A stretch of 63,853 nt of DNA, counting the filler, from Chrysochromulina tobinii (taxonomy: Eukaryota): the NCBI GenBank assembly GCA_001275005.1. It is 6 parts of 6 records of this genome, joined end to end, with 100 filler letters (N's around TTAATTAATTAA, not from the genome) between each part and the next. Parts side by side here need not be neighbours in the genome. Positions count along the whole stretch, not along the records: positions 53,147 to 59,559 come from JWZX01000818.1; positions 59,660 to 62,503 come from JWZX01000822.1; positions 62,604 to 63,853 come from JWZX01000863.1; 3 more parts are not named here. One strand, 5' to 3'. Shown here in pieces: positions 53,635-63,853 of this stretch. Position 1 is the first letter of the stretch. The number at the start of each line of letters is the position of its first letter. Position numbers and translations under genes: made by a program. The notes beneath the pieces were generated by a model that had not been told where the DNA came from, did no database searches, and saw nothing but the letters and a program-made list of their open reading frames with translations.

Positions 53635-54641
53635 CGACCCTCGACCGCGTGCCCCCTGAGGCGTACGCTACGACGCCTCTGTTTCGGCGCTCGTCCGGGG
53701 TGTCCTTTACCACGGACTACGTGCGCGAGGTCGTTCGGTTCCTTATGCGCTCTGTTGGGCTTCCCCCCGGCCTGTACGGGGGACACAGTCTGCGCATCGG
53801 GGGGGCGTCCGCCGCATTGGCGGCGAACGTCTCGGAAGCTGTTATCCGAGAGCCATGGGTCGATGGGACTTGGACGTTTATGAGCTCTACCTGCGGGGTT
53901 CGCTTTCGTGCGCCCGCCAGATGGGCTCGGTTATCGCCTCAACTTCCTACGAGGATTTCGAGGCGATGTTCGACCACGAAGAGTTCGTTCGCGTCTCATG
54001 ATCTAAACAGTGATCATCGGGCCTTACGATTTCTCGGCGCTGCTCTCTCTAGCGTTGGGGTCTCGATCGCACACACTGACTCGAGCTTGGTCAGCTGGCG
54101 GCAGGCCTGCGGGCTTCCGAGGGCAGCTATGGCGTGTGTACCCATCCGTGTTCAGGGTCGCCGCGCCGTAGCAGTCCTAAGGGAGGCCAGTAGGCCAAAC
54201 CGTCTAATCTATTCACACTGGAGTCGAGACGCTGGAGGGGAGTCGAGGGAGTCGACCTTCGTCCAGCGGGAAGAGGGCTGTGGGGAAAACCTTGGGTATG
54301 CGCGCCTCGCGTCTCGCCACCACTGTAAAGCCGCCTTTGGCTTTGCTTTCGTGGTCTGGCGCACAAGAGCGCGCAGAGCCATGGCAAGCGCCCGCCCACC
54401 CGACCCCCAATATGTGAGTTAGTTAGGTCATTGTACAACTCACTGCGCTCGTTCGCAGGCGGCGCCCCGGCACACGGGTGGATGTTGCATTGCATGCCAT
54501 CTCGCTTCTCGGTACTTTCCGTGTGTGGCGTGTGTACCCATCCGTGTTCAGGGTCGCCGCGCCCGGTAGCACTAGCAGTCCTAAGGGAGGCCAGTAGGCC
54601 AAACCGTCTAATCTATTCACACTGGAGTCGAGACGCTGGAG
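53635..54641 (+). mobile_element. 3' remnant of a tyrosine-recombinase retrotransposon (DIRS order, Ngaro/PAT-like): frameshifted YR plus two direct repeats
   Basis: PLFR...GHSLRIGGASAALAA..IR, then a 2-bp insertion at 53850-53851, then AMGRWDLDVYELYLR with stop at 53999-54001. Direct repeats at 54130-54237 and 54526-54641. Confidence 0.82.
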
Positions 54642-54750
54642 CCCCTCCTGTGAAATTAAAGACAGGTTCTTCGCGGCGGCGGTGACGCGGTGTGAATATT
54701 GATGATATTTGATTTCAAGTTATTCCAACGGTACAGTAATGCCTTGACGC

Positions 54751-55708
54751 TCAAGCGTCTCTCTGTGGCCCGCGGAGAGGCCTTGTGCCATTTTGAGGCC
54801 ACTTCTCGCCGGCTCGGGGAGCATGGCCATAGGCGTAGAGATACTGGAACACGTGGCCAAGCCTTCCAAACTTGGTCACATAAATTCTTTGCTCGATCCT
54901 GTGCTCAAGTGCATGGTACGTGATGTGATCGATCACGAATCCAGCGGCGCGAAGCGTGTTGCCCAGCAGGACGCTGTTCCAAGTGTAGAGGTGGTTGTCG
55001 CGATTACTGGACGACCACGCCTTCCATAATTCCACTCCCTCATTCTTGATGCCGATCACCACACGACCACCGGGCTTGAGCTTGCGATGAAGCTCGCGCA
55101 GCTCATTTATAGGGCATTCGACGTGCTCAATGACGCTGGTGCTAAAGACGAGATCGACGCTCGCATCAGGCACAAGTTCAGGATACTTGTACGACTTGAT
55201 CTTGGGGTGGTACTTTGACTCGTAGGCTCGCGCCACGTCACTGAACTCGACTGCGACCGTCTGAGCGACATGAGGCTGCAGCACACTCAAAATCTCGCCC
55301 GTGCCTGCACCAAAGTCGAGCACAGTATCAGAGCGTGATACGTTGAGTAGCTTTCGCCAGTTCGTTGTCTTGGCTTTCAAGATCCCAGACTTTCTTTGCC
55401 ACTGAAAATACTTGTCGTCGTAGTAAGCCTCTACATTCGTGCCCGATTCACCTGGTTGGGAACGGCACCCAGGCCCACAGCAGTTTCGAGCGGCAGCAGC
55501 CCCGCAAATCGCGATAGTCAGCGGGCTCTGCACAAGCCAGCAAGCATGCAAAGCAAGCAAGTAAGCAAGTAAACAAGCAAGCGCGCGCGCCCCAGGGTGC
55601 GGCACCCACCATGGTCTCGAGGATGAGCGTGGCGGTCTTCTCGCGAAGGCGGTGTGAATAGTGGCGGGAGAAGCTTTGAGGTAATTTCACACTGAAGCCT
55701 TCACACAT
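54751..55708 (-). CDS. Class I SAM-dependent methyltransferase; exons ~55708-55606 and 55451-54751
   Basis: TVLDFGAGTG, VAVEFSD, DLVFSTSVIEHV, LKPGGRVVI, HLYTW. The GT-AG intron 55452-55605 (repetitive, contains CTGAC) gives MVG|ESGTN. Confidence 0.85.
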
Positions 55709-55797
55709 TTTATGAAAATAAGCACGTCGAGGGAGAGAGAGTGGAGAGAGTGACCATCAACGCGAGCAACTAGCTTGCGAGGCGAGGCCCTGCCACC

Positions 55798-58700
55798 ATG
55801 GCGTCGGGCCCGTGGATCCGCACGGACGCGACCCGCGGATCCCTTTCGCTGCCGGGCGTGGTGACGGAGCCCGGCGGCTCGGCGGTCGGGGAGCTGACGG
55901 TCACGTCATGTTGCGAATGGCCGCTGGTCGTGTACATGGAGACGTCTGATCCCGGCGTTGTCTTCCAGCTGCAGAATGAGAACTTGCGCAACGGGGACCC
56001 GGACGACGATCCCGCCGACTGGAACCAGCTCTTCAACGAGATCGATCAGATCGATCGTATTGAGCTTGCGCCGGGCGCCTCAACCACCGTCGTCATCTCC
56101 TTCCGGGTACCAGAGATACGCGCAAGTCCCACACCGAATTCGACGCAGCTGAGCTCTTCCAGGCGAGGCCAAGATTTACAGAGTGGCGCGTCCAAGAGTG
56201 CGCTCAGCGAACGCCACGCCATCACCACGGCAACTGCCACCATAGAGCTGCGCGCGGTGCATACCGCGGTGGTGTCGCAGCAGAGTGGTGGCGGAGGCGC
56301 CGGTGCAGCAGACGGCGACAGGACGAGCGAGGCGGCGGCGACGGCATCGAACGAGACGACGGCGGGGCAGATGGCGGATGGGCTGGGAGCCGCCGCCACG
56401 GCGGCAGCAGTAGCATCGGGAGCAGAGGCGGCAGCCGCCGCAGCAGCAGCAGCATCGCTCGCGATGCCGCCGGCGCCGCCGCCGCCTCCACCACCGCCGC
56501 CGCCGCCGCTCCAGCTGACCGTGGTCGCGAGGCAGTGCGTGTCGGTGCTGCGCACGGACACCCACGAGCTGAGCTTCGACGCGTGTGTGATCGGTGCGAG
56601 CGCCGTTCGCGACTTCACGGTGTGGAACTGCTCTGAGGTGCCGCTGCGCTTCCGGCTGTCGGAGCTGCCACGTGGGCCGACGCAGCCGACGACGGGCTGG
56701 CCGCAGATCGAATTCTTGGACGCGGATGCGGACCTGCGACTGCCCGAGTCGGGCCAACTCGTGCTCGGCTACTCGCACGCGCGTGTTCGGGCCTACCTGC
56801 TCGCCGGGGCGGTGGGACAATACACGATCGAGCTCGAGGTCTCGAATTTGAATGACGTCCGCAATCACGAGCTGCTGCGCGTGCACGTGCTCGTGACGGC
56901 GCAGCCGCAGGCGGAGGGACTTCGTCTTTCGGGCGATGGCACCCTCGACTTCGGCTCGTGCTACGCGGGCATGCCCACCCGCACACTGCTTTCGGTCCGT
57001 AACACGTCGGGCGAGGCGCTCGACGTGCACTTTGCGAGCGAGCTGCCTGATGAGGTCTCGTTCACGCTCGCGGGCGCGCACCCAAGTGGCGTGGACGAGG
57101 AGGAGGGCGTACGGGCCGTGCGCGACGACGCTCCGGGCGCGGCCGCGCTCGGCGGGCCGTCGGTCAAGGGAGACGACGACGACGACCGGGACTGGTCGGG
57201 TCTCACCGAGCTCGGCGAGGAGGCGTCCATCGTCTCGGGGCGGGAGCGGCGACGCAGCGGGCTGGGCGCACGGCGTATCGAGGAGCTCGCTCTGCTCCCG
57301 GGGCGCGAGCGCGCCGTGTACGTGGTGTACACGCCCAAGCTCGTGCTTGAGCCGGTGCCAGCCGAAGGAGCCCCCAAGGAAGCCAAGGAAGCGGCTCAAC
57401 AGCGTCGGCTGGAACAGTGCGCACTGGAGCGCAAGGCCTTCCGCATCGACATCAAGGGGCACAGCAGCGGCGCGGGCGAGCTCGAGGTGCACACGCGCTC
57501 CGTGCAGTGCCGCGCGCGCGTATGCGCCTCGTTCGTCTCGGTCCACCCGACGGTCTATCAGCTCGGCGATTGCGACATACAGACCCATAAAGCGGCCACC
57601 GTGCTCGTGCGTAACCACTCTGAGCTCCCGGCCGAGCTGCAGGTCTCCATCATCTCCAAGGTCCTCACGTGCGCGGACACCAACGTGCGCATCGGGCCCA
57701 AGCAAGCACATGAGCTGCGCTTCGACTTTGTGCCACGCCGGCTCAACCCATACTACCGAAAGCAGGTGACCATCACCAACGTACACAACGCGCACGACGA
57801 GCACGTAATCGAGTTCGTCGCCAACAACGTCGACCGGCACAACATCTCGTTCCACAGCCTCTTCTACTCCCTCGCGCTCATGCGCCCACCCACGGCCAAG
57901 CAGCCCGCGCTCGCGGCGCCGCTCATCGCACCCGAGCTCGGAGGATCCATATTAGGCGTGCTCTCCGGCGGTGGGCTCGGCCTCCTGGGCAGCAGCGTGC
58001 ACAGCCTCGGCAGCTTGCACGGGAGCAGCAGTAACAGCAGCGGCGGCGGCCGTGGCGTCGGCGGCTTCGACGCCGAGGGCCTCGCGGGAGGCGCCGTCGC
58101 GGGCGGTGCGGCGGCGCTTCAGCCGCTCTTCGCCGACGCGCGCGAGCTGGGGGTCATGCCTCCAGACAAGTGCCGCATCGACTTCGAAGATGTAGTCGCG
58201 GGCTGCCTTTCACTGCGCGCTGTGTGCGTGCACAACACCTCAGCGAGTGCGCTGCGGCTGCGGCTCAGGGCCCGTTCCGACGCTGGCAGCCTCGCGATGT
58301 ACGTCGCCGCGGACAGCTCAACCGTCATCCAAGACGCGTCACGGATCGACAAGCACGCGCTGGTCAAGCTCTTTGCCGATCAAGACGAGCAGTCGGCGAA
58401 GCGCGAGCAACTCCTCGACCGTTTCGAGGAGCGCGCCGTCTCGGGCGGTGCGCGCGCGGCCGGCGCGTCGGGAGCGCGCACCGAAGGGGATGTGTTGCGC
58501 AGCCAGCCAGGGGGTGGCAGCGGTTGGCTCGCGCTGCGCGACTGGTCGAGCACGTCGCGAGGAAGGCTCTCTGCCTCGATTTCGGAGCCGCCCACAGCCG
58601 GACAGTCCCGTGTGCCGGAGCTCGGCGGCGCGGCAGGCGCAGTCCCAGACCCGCTCAGCCACGGCCACACGGGACACGCGGGCAGGCGATCCAAGTCGAT

Positions 58701-58943
58701 CGAAGTCGCGGACGTGCTTCCCGGCAGGATCCGGCGCCCGTTTGGGCTCTCTCCGATCAAGGGCGGGCAACAGGGGAGTATCGGTAGCACGTCGATTGAC
58801 ATGCTGCCGAGCTTTCCCCACAAGGGTGGCTCTTCTTCGACAGATTCGCTGCCGCGCCTCCCGCTGCACGTTGCAGGCACGGCCGGTGCCAGCAGCGAGG
58901 CCCAGAGCAACGCGCCGCTGCCGCCGCTGCCGCCGCCGCCACC

Positions 58944-58974
<31 letters not shown>

Positions 58975-59559
58975 CCGCCCGTGCGGTCAAAGACTTCAGA
59001 GGTTGATCCCGCGCCCCGAAGCACGGCGCGCGGCGGGAGCAGCACCGGCACGCTCCAGCCAACAGATCTCCTCATGCTGGCCTCCTCCTTTCGGCACTTG
59101 CCATCGGCGCCGCAGTACGCAGCCGTGGTCGCTGCGGCCATTGACGGCCACCCGGCGACTACCGCCACGCTGCGGCTGGCCGCCGCGGCGCTGATGCGCT
59201 CCGTGAGCGAGTCGGCGGACAGCTCGATGCCACTGGCCGCGTTCACTGCGCTCGAGATGGACGAGGCGGTGGTACACGTGCACTCCTGGTTGCGCGCGCT
59301 GTTCACGGGTTGGGTGCACTCGGCAGAGGTGGTGCCGCTCTCGGCTATGAATGACGAAATCTCCCTCGCCGCGGATGAGCAGCGCGTCGTCCTGGTCGAG
59401 TTCGTCCCCGCGCCGCCCGCGCCCGAGACGGCGCCCGCGCCTACGGCTGGGCGCGCGGGCTCGAAGGGCGGCGCGGCGGCGGCAGCGGCGGCGGTGGCGA
59501 AGGAGGCGAAGGAGGCGGCGGCGAAGGAGGCGGCGAGCGCCGCGAGCGCGCCCGTCGCA
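55798..59559 (+). CDS. Large protein with multiple ASH/PapD-like Ig domains (HYDIN/CFAP-like architecture), 3'-truncated
   Basis: Repeated LSFDAC..RDFTVWNCSEVPLRF, LDFGSCY..LSVRNTS, LGDC..VLVRNHSELP and IDFEDV..VCVHNTS patterns. ORF of more than 1250 codons. Confidence 0.75.
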
Positions 59560-59659
59560 NNNNNNNNNNNNNNNNNNNNNNNNNNNNNNNNNNNNNNNNN
59601 NNNTTAATTAATTAANNNNNNNNNNNNNNNNNNNNNNNNNNNNNNNNNNNNNNNNNNNN
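59560..59659. other. Artificial contig linker
   Basis: N44-TTAATTAATTAA-N44. Confidence 0.99.
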
Positions 59660-59660
59660 C

Positions 59661-62503
59661 TGGCTGCCCACGGGCGGCGGCGACGGCTCCCAGATTCGCG
59701 CGTGCAACGCGCCCGCAGACCGTCGCGTCAACCTGGCCATCATCGCGAATATCCTACCGCCCATGCCGCCCTCGCCGCCCGCGACGCCGCCGCCGCCGCC
59801 GCGGCCGCCTTCGCCGCCGCCCCCGCGGCCATCGCTTCAATCCAGGACGATCCTCAATCCCGAGCACGCGTGGCTGCGCAAGGTAGCTCCGACCAACAAC
59901 TATGCCGGTACCTCTGATATCTATTGGGATGCGAACTCAGCGTACGCCGGCGGCGCACAAAGAACCTCTCTGGCCTCGGTTCCGTGGGATGCTGCTGCTG
60001 CTGGCCTCATCGCCCTCCCTGTGCTGCTGCCCCCTCGTGCTCGCGCTCCTTACACGTGCTCTCCCCCGTGTTGGCCCCTGGCCGCGTGTGGCCCGCAGGA
60101 CCGACATCGATTTCGTGCTGATGAAATTCGACCTGAGCACGCTGCCCTCGGGCCTGACCGTCGATCGCGCCTTGTTCAGCTACACGATACCTGCCGGAGG
60201 GAGCAATGATGGCGATCAGGCGGAGATGCACGAGTTCCGCAGAACCTGGGCGATGAACACCGCGACCTACAACAGCATCCCGATGCCCTCGACCAATTGG
60301 CCGTTTTCGCAGGCGACGATCGACACGCTCTGGGGCCCGAGTGTCAACGACATGCCCGGCAACGTGGCCCGACACACCCTCGACGTGACGCCGAGCATCA
60401 ACCGGTGGCTCTCGGGCGCGCCCAATAACGGCTGGATCTTCGTGCCCTACTTCGGCAACGGCTGCGGCATACGCACTCGCGCAGGTTGCGGCACTATTCC
60501 GTTTGTCGGTGAATTATGTCTGGCTGCCGACAGGCCGTCGCTCGTGGTGTCCTTCAACTTCTCGCCCCCACCGCCGCCACCACTATCTCCGCCTCCGCTT
60601 TTCTGCTCCGATCAGATCAACAGCGGCGTCGTCACGGCCAACGGTCCCGTGCCATGTGCCTCCTTCGCAGCGTCCCCCTCCGCGTGCTCTTCCTACGCCG
60701 TCGCGCGCCAAAACTGCCCGGTCTCGTGCGGCACTTGCTCCCCTCCCTCGCCCGCCCCCCCGGGCAAGATGGTCAGGTGCACGAACGCATGCACGACTCA
60801 GGTGCTCGATGACGTGCTTTCGCTGGCTGCCGATGGCGTCTGCGCCGACGGTGGCGAAGGCGCTGAGTTTGCGCAGTGCGCGCTCGGCGACGATTGCAAC
60901 GACTGCGGTCCACGCTACACCAACCAACCGCCTTCGCTGCCGCCGTCGCCTCCAGAACCGCCGCCATCCCCACCTTCGCGTCCGCCTCCACCCTCGCCGT
61001 CAATGCCTCCGGCGCCTCCACCGTCCCCGGCTCGGCCTCCATACTCTCCCCCGCTCCCGCCGTTCGCCCCGCTGCTGGATCAGGGCGAGTGCGCCGTCGT
61101 CTACATGAAGCACGACAACCCCGACGATTTCGCCATCGTGCTCTTCGATCACCTCTCGGCCGGCACTTCGATCTTCGCGACCGACGCTGCGTTCCAGGGT
61201 GGCTGCGCCGAGACGTGCGCCTCCGCCTCCGACGGCCTCTGCGACGACGGCGGCCCGGGCAGTGCGTCCCAAACCTGCGCGTTCGGTTCCGACTGCACCG
61301 ACTGCGGCAGCCGTCCTCTGGGGTTCGCTCCCGGTGAGTCTCATTTGAACTACACGGCCATCACGGAGGTCCGCGCCGGCTCCGTCCTCACCTACAGCCA
61401 ATTTTCGGGCCAGGCGCTCTCCCTTCCTTCCGGCGGAGATGAGATTCTCATCTACCGGGGCTCCCGGGCCGCCCCTCAGTTCCTGTGCGGCTTCTGCAAC
61501 AGGCCTGCGAGCTGCGGTTTCGAGAGCATCCCAGGCGCTTCGGGCATGTTTGCTGGCGTCTTCAACTTCTTGCACACCGCTACTTCGTATGGAATGTATG
61601 ATCAGTGGATCTACGACACGCGCGCGACCGGGCTGCATGCCCCCACGACCGGCTCCCGCCAGGTTTTGCTGGCAGCCATCAGCGACAGCAGCAACTGGTT
61701 CAAGAGCAACACACTCTTCATCCCCATGCAGGACGTCATCCCCACCGGCGGGTACTTGATCACGAACCTGCCCCCGTCGATGCCACCGCCGCCGCCACCG
61801 CCGCCCTCGCTGCATTCCTCGCCGCCTTCTCGGCCGCCGCCGCCGCCACTGTTGCCGCCGCCGCCGTTTGATAGCTTCCCGTCATTCACGTACGCATTCA
61901 ACGGCGAGAACTCGAGCTACACGGGCGGCTGCCAGTCGACGTGGATCCGCTCGGACACCCCCGACTACGTCGGCGCTCAAGACACGGGCGTAACTTGGGA
62001 CGGGAGTAGCACCGTCGGCCACTACGACTCGGTCCTCGTGCAGTTCCCCGACATCATCGGGCTCGGGCCGAACCAGCTGCGCCCGCACGAGTACATCCAA
62101 CGCGCGACGCTCCGGTACAACGTGGACGAAACATTCTGGGTCAACGCGCGAGGCGCCACCGCCCAGCTGCACGAGATCTCGAAGCCGTGGGACGCGAACT
62201 CGACAACGTTCCGCACCTTCGTTGGCACGCAAGGCCTCAACGAGGACGAGTATCGCACGCCAGCGATCGCAACCGCGCTCGCGAATCGGTCGGGCTGGTT
62301 CGAACTCGACGTGACGGCGAGCGTCCGGAGCTGGGTCAACCACGTCAACACCAACAACGGCTGGATCTGGATGCCTTCACCGCAGAGTCTCGGTGGATCT
62401 GGCGATGGCTCCTCCATGCGCGCGTGCAGCGCGCCGCCAGACCGTCGCGTCAACCTGGTCGTGCTCGCGGCGCAGCAGCCGCCCAGGCCGCCCTCGCCGC
62501 CCG
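59661..62503 (+). CDS. Internal part of a large extracellular mosaic protein: DNRLRE/CBM96-like domains, ShKT-like and CDDGG Cys-rich modules, Pro-rich linkers; intron 59942-60098
   Basis: LMKFDLSTLPSG..A..SY..LDVTPSINRW..NNGWIF and VQFPD..ATLRY..WFELDVTASVRSW..NNGWIW. CPVSCGTC. C.DGG.G....C..G.DC.DCG twice. Open at both contig ends. Confidence 0.78.
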
Positions 62504-62603
62504 NNNNNNNNNNNNNNNNNNNNNNNNNNNNNNNNNNNNNNNNNNNNTTAATTAATTAANNNNNNNNNNNNNNNNNNNNNNNNNNNNNNNNNNNNNNNNN
62601 NNN
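62504..62603. other. Artificial contig linker
   Basis: N44-TTAATTAATTAA-N44. Confidence 0.99.
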
Positions 62604-62750
62604 CACCCGCCCACCCGTGTCGGACGAGTATGCCCTTAGATGTATGTGGGGTGCTTGGACGCAGGTGTGTGGTAGGCCGATCGGTTCCCACCTGGGAGCC
62701 GGTCGGCACGGTCGATTGACCCACTGTACCCCTTTGCTATTAACTCCTCT

Positions 62751-63296
62751 CACGGGATTGGGGGAGTTTTCTATACAAGAAAAGGGAATTTTCTATACAA
62801 GATATCATTATATATCATCATATATCTTGATCATATCATTGTGTATCATGTGTATCATAGTCTTGTATCTCATATATCATGTCCCTCGTCGACACATGAT
62901 ATATAGATATATTCATGATACAAATGCATGACATGATATATGATGATATAACTCGCCTTTTGGAAAACATGATACCAACATGATATCACAAAAAATAAAA
63001 TTATGATACATCGCCTACAAATATCATGTCCCGTATCATGCCCGCGTCGGTATCATGTTTTGATACACATATGGACATGATACCGGAGTGGCATGACCTG
63101 GGATATATGAGATGACAAACCATCTTTACCTTTACTTTTATTTCATGATATCATTACATATCTATCAGTATCATGTGATATCATGTGATATCATGTGATA
63201 TCATGTGATATCATGTGATATTCAGTATCATGTGATATCAGCAGTATCATGTGGTATCATGTGATATCATGTGATATCATGTGATACACATGTATC
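62751..63296. repeat. AT-rich element end saturated with TATCATG/CATGATA motifs, ending in an (ATATCATGTG)n array; probable transposon terminus with subterminal repeats
   Basis: Sharp AT shift, 10-bp array at ~63168-63290, and a terminal segment shared with 53147-53240. Confidence 0.65.
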
Positions 63297-63853
63297 AAGC
63301 GTGTGAGTCTCGCCGACCTCAGCGTGAGAGTTAGCGTGAGAGGTTCTCTAATCCCATAGAGACATTTCTCACCACTTGAGGTGAGGGATGAAGCTTACAT
63401 CTGCCTCATCGTCCGAGCTGTCAACCTCCTTGTAGGAAGGTCCCACACTAGTCCCACACACCAACCCAACGTAACACACCATCGCAACGCGTTCGCACGA
63501 AAGAAAATTTCGCTGCTCTCGAGCAGAGCGATGTGTGTGGTCGCTCTGCTCGGGGGAGAGCGATTTGTGTCGGGGGGATGGGCGAAAACGGGGGCGGACA
63601 AAGCGATTTTCGTGTGCGAAAACGGGGGAGCTCGCGAAAAAGGACAAAAGCAAAGCGAAACGGTGAGCAGAGCGAAGCGAAAGCGACAGAGCGAAGCGAG
63701 GAGAGCGCGCGCGCGCGCGAGCGAACCACGCTGCGAGCAGAGCGACGAGCGCTCCGAGTCGTGCGAGTGCGCCGCGCTCCACCACGTGCTGCGCAAGCTG
63801 CGGGAAAGTCTGCGCGAGCGGTGTCGTGGAGCACACCACGGATGATGGAGATA

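Noticed and set aside
54174..54206. Hammerhead-ribozyme-like motif (CTAAGGGA-GGCC-AGTA-GGCC-AAAC..GTC) in the retroelement repeats
   Set aside because: The core deviates from CUGANGA/GAAA and I find no stem I pairing; only a covariance-model search could rescue it.
55452..55605. Apparent signal peptide on the methyltransferase (ALACLLAYLLALHACW)
   Set aside because: It lies in a repetitive GT-AG intron that joins an upstream ATG exon in frame.
141..63845. Hundreds of overlapping Arg/Ala/Pro-rich ORFs in the ORF track
   Set aside because: Shadow frames of real genes in high-GC DNA with few stop codons; they contain no domain motifs.

Overview
This is GC-rich eukaryotic nuclear DNA, not a prokaryotic locus. 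Six unrelated contigs are joined by artificial 100-bp N44-TTAATTAATTAA-N44 linkers, so adjacency across linkers means nothing. Spliceosomal introns, a signal+transit-peptide RF3 and the repeat-protein repertoire suggest an alga with a secondary red plastid, probably a haptophyte (inference). About 30 protein-coding genes can be supported. They include fucosyltransferases, a beta-propeller glycosidase, a His-loop Zn-CDF transporter, organellar RF3, hnRNP F/H-like, WDR53-like, cathepsin X, glomulin/ALF4-like, a PDZ-TBC RabGAP, a serine beta-lactamase-fold hydrolase, an RBR ligase, a multi-PDZ protein, a methyltransferase and an ASH-domain protein. There is also a decayed tyrosine-recombinase retroelement end. 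The most striking signal is in the introns: several in unrelated genes end in one of two shared acceptor cassettes and often begin with a copy of the next exon's first 11-30 nt, suggesting an ongoing intron-gain mechanism. Other candidates are an EF-hand-containing degenerate soluble adenylyl cyclase, an 8-Cys-repeat/FN3 receptor, an F-box plus ART-like protein and a 49-aa helical repeat protein. All family calls come from motif recognition by eye, and exon boundaries are inferred without RNA data.
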